Part shown: one piece after another, positions 8,681 through 17,459 of the stretch
Layout: every line of letters begins with the position of its first letter
How positions within the stretch are numbered: the first letter of the stretch is position 1
Virus record (IMG/VR): IMGVR_UViG_3300045988_040260
Coordinates: 1-55,119 of that record
Strand: one strand, 5' to 3'
Source: a virus
Length of the DNA stretch: 55,119 nt
Translations under genes and position numbers: made by a program
Notes under the pieces: model-generated
Databases searched by the model: none
What the model saw: only the letters and a program-made list of their open reading frames with translations
What the model was told of the DNA's origin: nothing

Positions 8681-9091
8681 TTAATTAAATGGTAATTCCT
8701 CGTCAATACCATCAGGAATATTCATAAAACCATCATCGGGTTTTGGCTGTGGTTCTGCACTGCTGCCATTTGAATTTTTACTGTCACAAAATTCCAACTT
8801 AGATATGTTGCAATCGTTGGTGTAGACTGTGTTTCCGTCTTTATTCTTGTAACTGCCTGTAGTCCACTCACCGATAACTGCTATCTTTGAACCTTTGAAT
8901 ACGTGCTTCTCGACTGTTTCAGCAATCTTGCCAAAAGCCACGCAGTTAATGAAATTTGCCTTATCGTCTTTCTTCTTAAAATTCTTGTCAACGGCAAGTG
9001 TAAATCTTGCTATTACCATTGCATTTTCACCCTGTGTGTATCTAATGTCCGGGTCTCTAGTTAATCTGCCAATTAATGCTACAATGTTCAT
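8681..9091 (-). CDS. ssb: Single-stranded DNA-binding protein
   Basis: MNIVALIGRLTRDPDIRYT OB-fold N-terminus and an acidic C-terminal tail ..IDEELPFN. Confidence 0.9.
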   Translation of the reverse strand: MNIVALIGRLTRDPDIRYTQGENAMVIARFTLAVDKNFKKKDDKANFINCVAFGKIAETVEKHVFKGSKIAVIGEWTTGSYKNKDGNTVYTNDCNISKLEFCDSKNSNGSSAEPQPKPDDGFMNIPDGIDEELPFN

Positions 9092-9132
9092 TATTTTTCT
9101 CCTGTCTGTTTAATTTTTAAAAAGGGCACTTG

Positions 9133-9348
9133 CTAATATCCTTTTGCCTCTTTCATAACTCTTTCAAACTCTTCGTCAGAAATACCATATATCTCTATAT
9201 ACTCGTAATGTGGAGCCCATAATACAATGATTTTATCTTCACTATAAATAGGTACTCTGAAATCACCCGCTATAGATGGTGTATCAAACATCTGTATTCC
9301 ATCTTCAAATCTTTCTTTCAAGAATTTAATCAGCTTTTCAATTCTCAA
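9133..9348 (-). CDS. Hypothetical protein
   Basis: 71-aa ORF. Confidence 0.5.
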   Translation of the reverse strand: MRIEKLIKFLKERFEDGIQMFDTPSIAGDFRVPIYSEDKIIVLWAPHYEYIEIYGISDEEFERVMKEAKGY

Positions 9349-9368
9349 AATGGGTATTCATCTCCTTT

Positions 9369-10098
9369 CTAAAAAGGGCACTCATTAGGATTAGCAAGTA
9401 CCCATTCCTTGTTACGCTCCGCAACATCCACATTCGCCCCATAAGCAACTTTCTTCATCTTCTCGATAAAACTATCTCTGTCAGCGTTTTCTGCCGATAG
9501 ATGACACATTATGACGTTCTGCAAGCTATCTGAATAATTTGCTTTAACAAAATCGCAAGCGGTATCAATGGATAAATGGCCTCTAAAAACGTGATTAGCT
9601 TTTGGATTGTCGGTATCAACTAAATCCTTGTCATAGTTCACGCCTAAGAGAATGTGGTTTATATCTTTAAACTTCCACTTGATTAGTTCACAATCGGTTA
9701 TGTAAAGCATTCTTCCCATTTCCTTGTGAGTAATCAAAAAGCCATATATCGGGCAAGGTTCGCCATTTGCGTCCGTGTGTGTCCATCTGCCGTCTATTGT
9801 TGTCAAATCAAAAGGCTTTACTGTAAATTCGCCCATATTCATTGACATATAATCAATCTTCAAATATGGTGCATAAATCGGTATTCCCATTGATTTAAAA
9901 TCGTTCAATGACCTTGAATGGTCGTCAATAATGCTCGTGTGAAATAAGGCAACCTACTATATTTTTTACATTCCAATCACACATCTTTTTTATGTCTTTA
10001 ATTCCCATTCCTACATCAAGAATAAGCGTTTCATTCTCCGACATGAGAGCGTAAGAATTTCCTTTACTTCCAGTTCCGCAGCATTTCAATTTGAGCAT
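9369..10098 (-). pseudogene. Metallo-beta-lactamase-fold hydrolase, split by a frameshift in the HxHxDH motif
   Basis: A 57-aa N-terminal ORF (10098..9925: MLKLKCCGTGSKGNSYAL..GCLISHEHY*) stops at a TGA. The 179-aa ORF 9369..9908 continues in the +1 frame as ..DDHSRSLNDFKSMGIPIY. Confidence 0.7.
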
Positions 10099-10922
10099 TA
10101 CATCACCTCACTTTCTTTTTCAAATTTCCATACATATCCACCAGCTTGTTTTCTCACGCTTCCTTTGCTGTTATAAGGCTCTTTATTTGCAACTTGTAAA
10201 ATATTTCTTCCACAAACACCGGTATTTCTGCTTGCCTCCATTGCATTGCAATACGAATTGATAAATTCTCCGTTTAATGAGTGCTGGATGATTTTTCCTT
10301 TCTTAAACTTCTGCACATTTCTCTTTTCTTTCTTGTTTCTTCCGTGAATAGCTCTGCCTTGGTTATAAGCAATCATTCCGTCTAATATATGAGGATTTTC
10401 CATTAAAGTTAGCCTTTTATGTTCAATTCCACTGAGAATTTGCAAATTACTAGCACAATTATTCTGCTTGTTTCCGTCTCTGTGGTGTACTTCATACCCA
10501 TTTGGAATTTGCCCTATGAAAGCCTTTGCAACTGCAATATGAACTCTAATAGTTTTAACTTCTTTGTTCCTGTCTGTTGCCCTAAAAGATAAATACCAAC
10601 CATTTTTATTGTTTGTTTTAACAAATTGTCCTCTACTATCTTTCCAAAAGCTCTTAATTAAACCACTATCAGAAATTGCATATAATCCCTCGTAGTCCTT
10701 TATCCATTTCCAAATGTTTCCATCATTAATAAAATTAGTAAGTTCGCTTTCTTTAACATCTATTCCTACCCTCTTTACTGGGATTATTCCTTTCTCTAAT
10801 AGCTTGTCATATTCTATGAGCTCATTTAAGTCTCTGGAATAAAAATGTAGTCGTTTTCCGTTGACGTATCTTCTTAGTATATATGATTTTCCAACCTTAG
10901 ATATTCTTGGATAAAAACTCAT
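10098..10922 (-). CDS. HNH homing-type endonuclease (NUMOD4-like N-terminus)
   Basis: WKWIKDYEGLYAISDSGLIKSF, then EVHHRDGNKQNNCASNLQILSGIEHKRL. TAATG junction with the MBL gene. Confidence 0.8.
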   Translation of the reverse strand: MSFYPRISKVGKSYILRRYVNGKRLHFYSRDLNELIEYDKLLEKGIIPVKRVGIDVKESELTNFINDGNIWKWIKDYEGLYAISDSGLIKSFWKDSRGQFVKTNNKNGWYLSFRATDRNKEVKTIRVHIAVAKAFIGQIPNGYEVHHRDGNKQNNCASNLQILSGIEHKRLTLMENPHILDGMIAYNQGRAIHGRNKKEKRNVQKFKKGKIIQHSLNGEFINSYCNAMEASRNTGVCGRNILQVANKEPYNSKGSVRKQAGGYVWKFEKESEVM

Positions 10923-10944
10923 TCAAATCACCGCTCCTTATCCG

Positions 10945-11325
10945 CTACACCTCGATTTCATTATCCTGTGGGAACTGAAAGACAGCATTGTTGATAAAAT
11001 CTACTTTTGACGGCTGATTTTCAGTTCGCACCATAACACCACATTTCTTTAATCTTTCAAATTCCTTTGCCGAATCCTCTGAAATATCAACATTCTGCAT
11101 TATAATCGGCATACCGATATATGCTTCTCTAAGCATTTCCATAGCCTTAATTGCCTTTTCTTCGGTGGAATAAGTTGCAATAAGACTGTTCAGAAACACT
11201 TCCGGTGGCTCTGCGACATTTTTAACTGCGACAATTCCATAATTCCCACCACTACTATTTAATATTGAAAAAACAAAGTTTTCATAAGGAACATCTGTTT
11301 TTCCTGTCTGTGAAATTATTCTCAT
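10945..11325 (-). CDS. Hypothetical protein
   Basis: 126-aa ORF immediately downstream of recT. Confidence 0.6.
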   Translation of the reverse strand: MRIISQTGKTDVPYENFVFSILNSSGGNYGIVAVKNVAEPPEVFLNSLIATYSTEEKAIKAMEMLREAYIGMPIIMQNVDISEDSAKEFERLKKCGVMVRTENQPSKVDFINNAVFQFPQDNEIEV

Positions 11326-11326
11326 A

Positions 11327-12151
11327 TCAGCCCTCCTCGCTCTGCATGAACGGCGGCAGCTCCTCTGACTGCTTGTCGGCTGTGTCGGTCGGCTCTACAT
11401 CAATTATGTTGTCCTCGTCAAAATCTACACTATTTGCGTTCTGCTCAATGTCGTTTTCAGCTAACTTCTGCGGGTCCGTTTCAATCTCCATTCCACTTAA
11501 GAATGTATTCTGTTGTGTCGGATTCTCAAAATCTAACTCAATATGTTTGCAAAGCCTGTGAAGCACAGTTTTCTTATACATTTCACCTGTAAAATTCTTC
11601 CAAGCCGGGCTATTGCTTGCCTTACTTGACTTTCTTGTGTTTTCAAGGTCTGCAAGGCTCATTGTGTCATACTGCATACCACCATCGGCATATAAGCAAA
11701 CGGCAAACGCACCGATTATTTTTCCATCATTGAATGGTAATGGCTTAAAATCAAAAGTCTGCTCTCCACTTACAATCTTTTCCTCAAAGCTGTCTCCCTG
11801 ACGAACCAACTTTGCGTAAATGTCCTTAATCGGTCTGATAGAATACTTCTTTGCCAATTTCTTAGCGCCTCTGTAATCTGTCTGATAGTTAAGCTGATTT
11901 CCATAAGGCACCAAGTAACACTCCTTTGAGTAAAAATCCAAGCCAAGATAAGCGCCTTTTAAAAGTCCGGCTGTAAGCTGTGATTGGCTGTATTTCTGTA
12001 ATGCCGGGTTATCGTTGATAAGTGCTAATGCGTTTTGTACGAACCTAGCCCTGTTAAAGTCCTTTGGTAGTGCTTCTGATACGTTGTTGAGCTTATCCGT
12101 TAGCACCATGCTAAATGTTTTCTTTTCCGCAACTGCCGTATTCTCTGCCAT
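11327..12151 (-). CDS. recT: RecT-family single-strand annealing recombinase
   Basis: ..YLGLDFYSKECYLVPYGNQLNYQTDYRGAKKLA..GAFAVCLYADGG..MYKKTVLHRLCK fits the remembered RecT core. Confidence 0.85.
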   Translation of the reverse strand: MAENTAVAEKKTFSMVLTDKLNNVSEALPKDFNRARFVQNALALINDNPALQKYSQSQLTAGLLKGAYLGLDFYSKECYLVPYGNQLNYQTDYRGAKKLAKKYSIRPIKDIYAKLVRQGDSFEEKIVSGEQTFDFKPLPFNDGKIIGAFAVCLYADGGMQYDTMSLADLENTRKSSKASNSPAWKNFTGEMYKKTVLHRLCKHIELDFENPTQQNTFLSGMEIETDPQKLAENDIEQNANSVDFDEDNIIDVEPTDTADKQSEELPPFMQSEEG

Positions 12152-12162
12152 AATTAATCCTC

Positions 12163-12318
12163 CTAAATCTCATTAAAAACCTGAACCGCAAACAGTTCAT
12201 TAGGTGTCTGCTTGAATAAAACTCCGTCAGATATAACTGTATACATATATCCGTCATACTTAAGCTCTACAGTATGTTTCTTACCGCCCATATAATAGTT
12301 TCTCTTCTTAATAATCAT
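12163..12318 (-). CDS. Small hypothetical protein (51 aa)
   Basis: GGAGGT RBS 7 nt upstream of the ATG at 12318. Fills the gap between neighbours. Confidence 0.45.
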   Translation of the reverse strand: MIIKKRNYYMGGKKHTVELKYDGYMYTVISDGVLFKQTPNELFAVQVFNEI

Positions 12319-12329
12319 TTCTATACCTC

Positions 12330-12560
12330 CTATAATCCAAGTAACTTTTTGAGTTCTTCTTTCATTTTCTCTGTCTCTTCTCTTATTTTCTTGGCTTCGT
12401 CACTCAACTGCTCCTTATCTTTATCAGCAAGTCTAATTACCATTTTGTACTCTTCCTCTGAAACTGTCTCTTTAAGCGCACATAAAACAGTAGTCGCTTC
12501 TGCCAAAACATGGCTTCTGGTTCCTCTAAATTCAACTTCTCCGTCTTTTGCTTTAATCAT
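12330..12560 (-). CDS. Hypothetical protein
   Basis: 76-aa charged ORF. Confidence 0.55.
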   Translation of the reverse strand: MIKAKDGEVEFRGTRSHVLAEATTVLCALKETVSEEEYKMVIRLADKDKEQLSDEAKKIREETEKMKEELKKLLGL

Positions 12561-12562
12561 CT

Positions 12563-12817
12563 CTATGCCTCACTTTCTTCAAAATGCTCTTTTATATCCA
12601 ATCCGTTATCGTCGTACCACTCGCACCATTCCTGCTCTCCCTCATCAAAACACTCAAGTCCGGAAGCATTACAGTAATCCGGCTTTATGTTATTTTCGTA
12701 CTGAAATAAGTCATAATCCCATAATGTATTAAGGATTTTCCAAGCCTGTTCAACGCTTTCAACTTCAACATAAAAGTTTTTAACCGCTCCTACTTGGCAA
12801 TTATGCCAAACTCTCAT
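12563..12817 (-). CDS. Hypothetical protein
   Basis: 84-aa ORF. Confidence 0.55.
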   Translation of the reverse strand: MRVWHNCQVGAVKNFYVEVESVEQAWKILNTLWDYDLFQYENNIKPDYCNASGLECFDEGEQEWCEWYDDNGLDIKEHFEESEA

Positions 12818-12828
12818 TTTACTTATGC

Positions 12829-14754
12829 TTATCCCTCCACAATCTCTAATTTCTCGCTATCATTGACAATCAGCATAATCAACTGGCTATCTACCATTTC
12901 AGCAACTTTCTTCTGATTAGTGCTGTCAAGGCTCTCGCTATCATCAAGAATAATAGGTACCGACATACCGCTAATCTTCTGAATAGAGTTGCAAATATCA
13001 ACTCTACCAAGAATCCTGTTACCCTTATTGCTCATAGTTGTAAGAATTGACTTCCCATTAACTGTAGGTATGCAAACCGACTTGTAACCGCCAGACTTGT
13101 CTAGTTCAAACAGCTTCCACTTAACAAGCGAGAAATGACTGTTAATGCTGTCAGATAATGTTTCGTTCTTCGCCTTGTCCAGTTTATCAAGCAAATCAAG
13201 GATTTTTTCAGCATTGGTCTTATTCTGTTCCTGTGTACGCTGTTCTGCCCTCAATTCTTCAAGTCGCTGTTCGTCTTTCTCTGTGTTGCTTTCAGCTATC
13301 TTTCGCTCACACTCTGACAACTGCTGCCTTAAATCATTTTCCTGTGCCTTTAATTCAACCTTAACACTTGATATGTCATTAGCCTTGTGCATAGCCTGTT
13401 CCTTTTCGGCAATCTTCTGTTCAAGTGCCCTGTATTCCTCTGTGACTGTCACATCAATTTCCTGTGGAAGTTCTGATAACTGCTTTTCAAGGTCTGCTAA
13501 ATCAACTAAACGCTTTTCTAACCTCTGCTTCCTGTCGGTCAATTCCTGTTCAGCTTCAACTAACAATCCTTTGACTTCATCAAGCATATTCTTAGCTGTG
13601 TTGCCCTTGCCAGTAATCCTATTAAGTTCAGCTTCTTTATGTGTCTTAAAATCTGCCCTTAATTCCTCTTTCTTTTCCTCTGGGTATTCCTGCTTACAAT
13701 AAGGGCAAATAAGGCTGTTCTCGTCAAATACACGTTCTTTTTCAGCTTTCCATTTTGCCCTACTATCTTCAAGTGCTTTCTGATATTCCGCTATTTTATC
13801 TTTGTCAAATTCAACAACTTTTTCTGCATTGTCGATTGATTTTTTAGCGTCATCAATCACATAATTAAGGTTACTAATCTGCGATTCAAGACCTCTCCTA
13901 GCCTTAATATTGTCCTCATTAGCCTTGCGTGATAAATCTCCCTGTTTGAATTTCAAATCAAGAATATCGGCACTAGCCTTGTTATATTCAGCCAACAGCT
14001 TGTCATTATCAGTCTGCTTTGCAATGCAATCGGCAATCTGTTCTTTAAGGCTGTTTTTAAGCAGTTCAAGGTCAGATACATCAATATCGCTCTTAATCTG
14101 AATATCTCTTTCCTTTTCCTTAATCTGTCCGTCAAGAATAGGCAAATCCTTTGTAATCTTGGCCTTGGTAGCCTTATTCATAGCAGATAATTCTTCTGTT
14201 GTATACTTCTCTAATAAAGGAACTAACTCGGCTAATTCAGCTTTCTGTGAAGCTATATCAATGTCTGTAACATTCTCAACAAGGCTAAATAAGTATTCTC
14301 TCATTTCGGCAGGCTTCTGATTAAGAAATGCGTTGATGTTACTGCACATCTTGAATGCACTCATATCAATGTCAAGATATGCGTTGAAGTCCTTTAATGT
14401 CTTAGGCACATCATTGACAAAATACTTGTTATCATCCTTGTAACTGCTGCCATCCTTGCTGTAAGTACGCTTCTGTACTTTCTTCATGGTGATTTCTTTT
14501 CCGTCAACATCAAGTGTAAGTTCAACTGATACATCCATATCATCAACTGATACTCCGTCAACTTCTCTTCTGACAACTGGGTTATCTTTTAACTCATAAT
14601 CGCAGTTAAACAAGCACCACAGATATGCTGTGGCTATTGTTGACTTGCCTATGCCATTCTTGGCAATAATCTTTGTTATGTCGCAAAAATCAAATGTTCT
14701 GCTTGCGTAACACATGAAGTTCTCTACCGACAGTGATATTAATTTTATTTTCAT
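12829..14754 (-). CDS. SMC/Rad50(SbcC)-like AAA ATPase with long coiled coil
   Basis: Walker A KNGIGKSTIATAY at the N-terminus, about 400 aa of heptad-rich E/K/L sequence with a central CPYC hook-like motif, then VPIILDDSESLD near the C-terminus. Confidence 0.8.
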   Translation of the reverse strand: MKIKLISLSVENFMCYASRTFDFCDITKIIAKNGIGKSTIATAYLWCLFNCDYELKDNPVVRREVDGVSVDDMDVSVELTLDVDGKEITMKKVQKRTYSKDGSSYKDDNKYFVNDVPKTLKDFNAYLDIDMSAFKMCSNINAFLNQKPAEMREYLFSLVENVTDIDIASQKAELAELVPLLEKYTTEELSAMNKATKAKITKDLPILDGQIKEKERDIQIKSDIDVSDLELLKNSLKEQIADCIAKQTDNDKLLAEYNKASADILDLKFKQGDLSRKANEDNIKARRGLESQISNLNYVIDDAKKSIDNAEKVVEFDKDKIAEYQKALEDSRAKWKAEKERVFDENSLICPYCKQEYPEEKKEELRADFKTHKEAELNRITGKGNTAKNMLDEVKGLLVEAEQELTDRKQRLEKRLVDLADLEKQLSELPQEIDVTVTEEYRALEQKIAEKEQAMHKANDISSVKVELKAQENDLRQQLSECERKIAESNTEKDEQRLEELRAEQRTQEQNKTNAEKILDLLDKLDKAKNETLSDSINSHFSLVKWKLFELDKSGGYKSVCIPTVNGKSILTTMSNKGNRILGRVDICNSIQKISGMSVPIILDDSESLDSTNQKKVAEMVDSQLIMLIVNDSEKLEIVEG

Positions 14755-14770
14755 TGCGTTTCCTCTCTTT

Positions 14771-14974
14771 CTATTTGTTTATGGTTTTTAAAATCAAATT
14801 TCCATGTAGGCTTGATTTTTTAACTACTCTTAGATACGAGTCTGACTCCGATACGAAAAGCCACTCACTTGCCACGCAATGAGTCTTGTCAAGCAATAGC
14901 TTCTGCTCTCTAGTCAGTGGTTTGAGTTTGTATCTCGTATCACCTAACTTAATTCGTCTTACATTGTCGCTCAT
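14771..14974 (-). CDS. Hypothetical protein
   Basis: 67-aa ORF. Confidence 0.45.
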   Translation of the reverse strand: MSDNVRRIKLGDTRYKLKPLTREQKLLLDKTHCVASEWLFVSESDSYLRVVKKSSLHGNLILKTINK

Positions 14975-15122
14975 TTAGTTTCTCCGTTTCTTTGTCTAGT
15001 AACGCTTGAAAGTCAAATGATTTGTCTTTGTGCCGTTTAGCTCGATATAGTTCTTGTAGGTAATCGTTAGCACTCTGACGCTTCAATTGGCTACCAATCG
15101 CAGTAGATGTCAAGATTTCCAT
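14949..15122 (-). CDS. Small hypothetical protein (57 aa from internal ATG)
   Basis: The ATG at 15122 is preceded by AGGGAG. The longer track ORF would overlap the upstream gene by 116 nt. Confidence 0.35.
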   Translation of the reverse strand: MEILTSTAIGSQLKRQSANDYLQELYRAKRHKDKSFDFQALLDKETEKLNERQCKTN

Positions 15123-15597
15123 TTCCGCTCCCTTCGTCATATACAATTCCTTGTATGCCAACAGGAGTATCAACCACACTTCCATGTGGTAAATCATCAC
15201 TTGCAATTACTACATACTCGTTTTCATCAACAACAAGTCCATATTTGTTTAGATGTCTACCCGGTATATTAAGTCCACCTCCAGGTAATACTCTCTGTGA
15301 GTACCACGTATAAGTGTAATCGCCGTATCGGACTCGCCCTAGTTTCTTAAACCGGCTACAACTGTATTTCTTACTGCAAGTTGGAACTGTTGGCTCCTTA
15401 TAGGTCTGCTCAACTACAACCGGCTCATTCTGAACTACTGTTGGCTCAATCTTTCCTAGCATTACTCCATTTAAATAGGAAGTAACACCGGCTGTCAGCT
15501 CAACTTTGCTATCTGCTCTTGCTACCATTATTGGCTTTAAGGTCATAATTCCAATTATTAAAGTCGATAACATCAACATCAGCTTTCTTTTTCTCAT
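15091..15597 (-). CDS. Secreted 3D-domain (RlpA/MltA-like) cell-wall-active protein
   Basis: Signal-like N-terminus MRKRKLMLMLSTLIIGIMTLKPIMVARA. C-terminus YTYTWYSQRVLPGG..VIASDDLPHGSVVD..GIVYDEGSGNGNLDIY shows the three-aspartate pattern. Confidence 0.65.
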   Translation of the reverse strand: MRKRKLMLMLSTLIIGIMTLKPIMVARADSKVELTAGVTSYLNGVMLGKIEPTVVQNEPVVVEQTYKEPTVPTCSKKYSCSRFKKLGRVRYGDYTYTWYSQRVLPGGGLNIPGRHLNKYGLVVDENEYVVIASDDLPHGSVVDTPVGIQGIVYDEGSGNGNLDIYCDW

Positions 15598-15817
15598 GCG
15601 GTTCGCCCTCCTCTATGAGACATATCGCAATCAGTATCAGCCAAAATACTGTTACGATTGCTCCAACGATAATACTTGCTGTCTTAATTCCGTATGCCAC
15701 CGATAATCCAAGGAAAAATGCAAATGCCATAGCCCCTAAAATCGAATAGCCACAGCCTGTATAGAATTTCTCTTTTAAAGTTCTTTTTCTCATACAATCA
15801 CTCTCCGTTCTGCGCAA
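15509..15817 (-). CDS. Membrane protein (two TM segments)
   Basis: GYSILGAMAFAFFLGLSVAYGI and IIVGAIVTVFWLILIAICLI. The 3' end overlaps the 15091..15597 ORF by 89 nt, so one boundary is uncertain. Confidence 0.5.
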   Translation of the reverse strand: MRRTESDCMRKRTLKEKFYTGCGYSILGAMAFAFFLGLSVAYGIKTASIIVGAIVTVFWLILIAICLIEEGEPHEKKKADVDVIDFNNWNYDLKANNGSKSR

Positions 15818-16520
15818 GGAATTTATTTACAAAATAAACTTGCCCTTTGCCTGTAACTTTTGTGGTCTTTGCTTCAAGTGGTAGCCTGTCACCTCTTTCA
15901 ACAGTTCGTATAACAACCTCAAACAATCCCATTTCCATTGCTTTTTGAGTCGGAGCCGTCGAGCCTTGACAAACATATCCATTTTCACGTAGCCACTTAT
16001 AAAGTCGCTTCTCTCCGATTTTTACCCCATTCTGTCTTATCAATTTTGCAACATCTCTTACTAGCAATGATGTTTCACTAGCTGATACTGCGTCAGCAAA
16101 AATCTCTTTAGGCTTCATTCGAGCATTATCTTCGATTAGCTTAGTGTTATCGGACTTAAGGCTATCAATAGTCTTATTGGCTATCTTCAATGCCCTAGCC
16201 ATTACCTGTTCGGGTGTGTTCCATGCTTTCTCTAAGTCAATGAGATATTGTCGGCACTGTTTACCTTTTTCAGTTCTGCTCATAAGACAGATATGCTTTG
16301 CCATATCAACTGTCATGTTGTAGTCCTGTAACTCTTTCTCACCGCCATATTGATTGCTCTGTACCTTAAGGTACGCACCTTTGTAATCCTCACCCTCAAT
16401 AAAGGTATTTGAGTAAGTTTCAAACCATGCGGAAAATCTCTTGCTGACCTCGAGTGCATTATGTAGTTCTCTTGCCGATACCATTTGAGTATCAACATCA
16501 ACTTTTAAAATCTCATTCAT
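15798..16520 (-). CDS. Phage antirepressor (AntA-like N-terminus, KilAC-like C-terminus)
   Basis: VSARELHNALEVSKRFSAWFETYSNTFIEGEDY and LVRDVAKLIRQNGVKIGEKRLYKWLRENGYV. Confidence 0.75.
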   Translation of the reverse strand: MNEILKVDVDTQMVSARELHNALEVSKRFSAWFETYSNTFIEGEDYKGAYLKVQSNQYGGEKELQDYNMTVDMAKHICLMSRTEKGKQCRQYLIDLEKAWNTPEQVMARALKIANKTIDSLKSDNTKLIEDNARMKPKEIFADAVSASETSLLVRDVAKLIRQNGVKIGEKRLYKWLRENGYVCQGSTAPTQKAMEMGLFEVVIRTVERGDRLPLEAKTTKVTGKGQVYFVNKFLAQNGE

Positions 16521-16690
16521 GCTTCTACCTCGCTTTCCTCTGCGTCAGACTCAAACAAGGATTCTGCAATATCGCAATCATCAGTTCCATATTTGTTGCA
16601 TATTTCGTCTAGGAATATCGACTCTGCTATGTCATATTCAATTTGATTTTCTGACATGATTTCTGCGATTCGTTGTTCTCTTGCGTTCAT
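16517..16690 (-). CDS. Small acidic protein (57 aa)
   Basis: AAGGAG RBS. ATGA overlap with the antirepressor start. Confidence 0.45.
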   Translation of the reverse strand: MNAREQRIAEIMSENQIEYDIAESIFLDEICNKYGTDDCDIAESLFESDAEESEVEA

Positions 16691-16745
16691 GTTTTCTCCT
16701 TTCTGTGTTATAATCTCCTCATTAGATAATAAGGAGGTGAAACAA

Positions 16746-16919
16746 ATGTCTCATGATGAAATTCATGATTTGGCAATCGTATATGCAAATTCAAAGTTAG
16801 CCGAATACCAAATAGACAGCCGTAGTGCCGTAATGTGTGGCAATACTGAAATGTCTGTTGAGGAAATTCAGTATCTTAAATCTGCTTATCAGTTTGCACT
16901 AAATCATCTGACTGAATAG
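16746..16919 (+). CDS. Small plus-strand protein (57 aa)
   Basis: AAGGAGGTG RBS 7 nt upstream. Extended -10 (TGTTATAAT, 16706-16714) lies upstream. Confidence 0.5.
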   Translation: MSHDEIHDLAIVYANSKLAEYQIDSRSAVMCGNTEMSVEEIQYLKSAYQFALNHLTE

Positions 16920-17073
16920 GTGTATATCTTTCGCCTTTCAGCGCATGAGAAACAGCATTGCAAATATTAAGGTGATGTTTCTCATCATTGTTTATGGACT
17001 TCTCAATCTTTTTTAAAGTACCATCAATGCTTTTTAAAGTTTTGAGAAGTTCTTTTTCGTACTGTGATTGCAT
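16876..17073 (-). CDS. Hypothetical protein
   Basis: 65-aa ORF with an AAGGAG RBS. The 3' end overlaps the convergent gene 16746..16919 by 44 nt. Confidence 0.5.
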   Translation of the reverse strand: MQSQYEKELLKTLKSIDGTLKKIEKSINNDEKHHLNICNAVSHALKGERYTPIQSDDLVQTDKQI

Positions 17074-17091
17074 TTTTTATCTCCTTTCTCT

Positions 17092-17304
17092 CTAATCCAC
17101 GAAACTCTCAACCGGTTCGCCAAGATAGCTTGCAATTTTAATCATGGTGTCTAATTTGGGCTTGCTTTTATCTCTCTTCCAGTCTGAAAGCAACATGGGT
17201 GAAAAGTTCAAGTCTGTTGCTACCCGGTATGATGTGATACCCTTTTTCTTCAAAATTTGCTCAAATCTTGAATATGATTGAGCATATTTCTTAGAATTAT
17301 TCAT
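17092..17304 (-). CDS. Cro-like XRE-family HTH regulator
   Basis: 70 aa from the ATG at 17304, with AAAGGAG upstream. HTH: KKGITSYRVATDLNFSPMLLSDWKRDKSKP. Confidence 0.75.
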   Translation of the reverse strand: MNNSKKYAQSYSRFEQILKKKGITSYRVATDLNFSPMLLSDWKRDKSKPKLDTMIKIASYLGEPVESFVD

Positions 17305-17332
17305 TTTTTGCGCTCCTTTCCTTAAAAATATA

Positions 17333-17361
17333 TTGATTTTATTAAGGAAATCCGTTATAAT
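17333..17361 (+). promoter_or_regulatory. Candidate rightward promoter (TTGATT-17-TATAAT) for the repressor gene
   Basis: ttgatt at 17333-17338, a 17-nt spacer, then tataat at 17356-17361. Confidence 0.5.
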
Positions 17362-17393
17362 GAAACTTACCAAGACAACAAAATAACAAAATT

Positions 17394-17428
17394 AAAACCT
17401 AGGTTTTAAGGATTCCCTTAATCTAGGT
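17394..17428. promoter_or_regulatory. Candidate operator palindromes between the two switch promoters
   Basis: aaaacctaggtttt is a perfect 14-bp palindrome (17394-17407). ttaagg-attc-ccttaa lies at 17406-17421. TTAAGG/CCTTAA half-sites also occur at 17320-17325 and 17342-17347. CTAGGT is repeated. Confidence 0.45.
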
Positions 17429-17430
17429 CT

Positions 17431-17459
17431 AGTATATTATGGTTTTCTTTAATTGTCAA
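17431..17459 (-). promoter_or_regulatory. Candidate leftward promoter (TTGACA-17-TATACT) for cro-like operon
   Basis: Minus-strand TTGACA at 17459-17454, a 17-nt spacer, then TATACT at 17436-17431. Confidence 0.5.

Noticed and set aside
13145-13702. 185-aa plus-strand ORF and its neighbours (13158..13364, 13910..14101).
   Set aside because: It is antisense to the SMC-like ATPase coiled-coil region. The serine/leucine-rich composition is the typical reverse-complement artefact of E/K/L-rich coding sequence.
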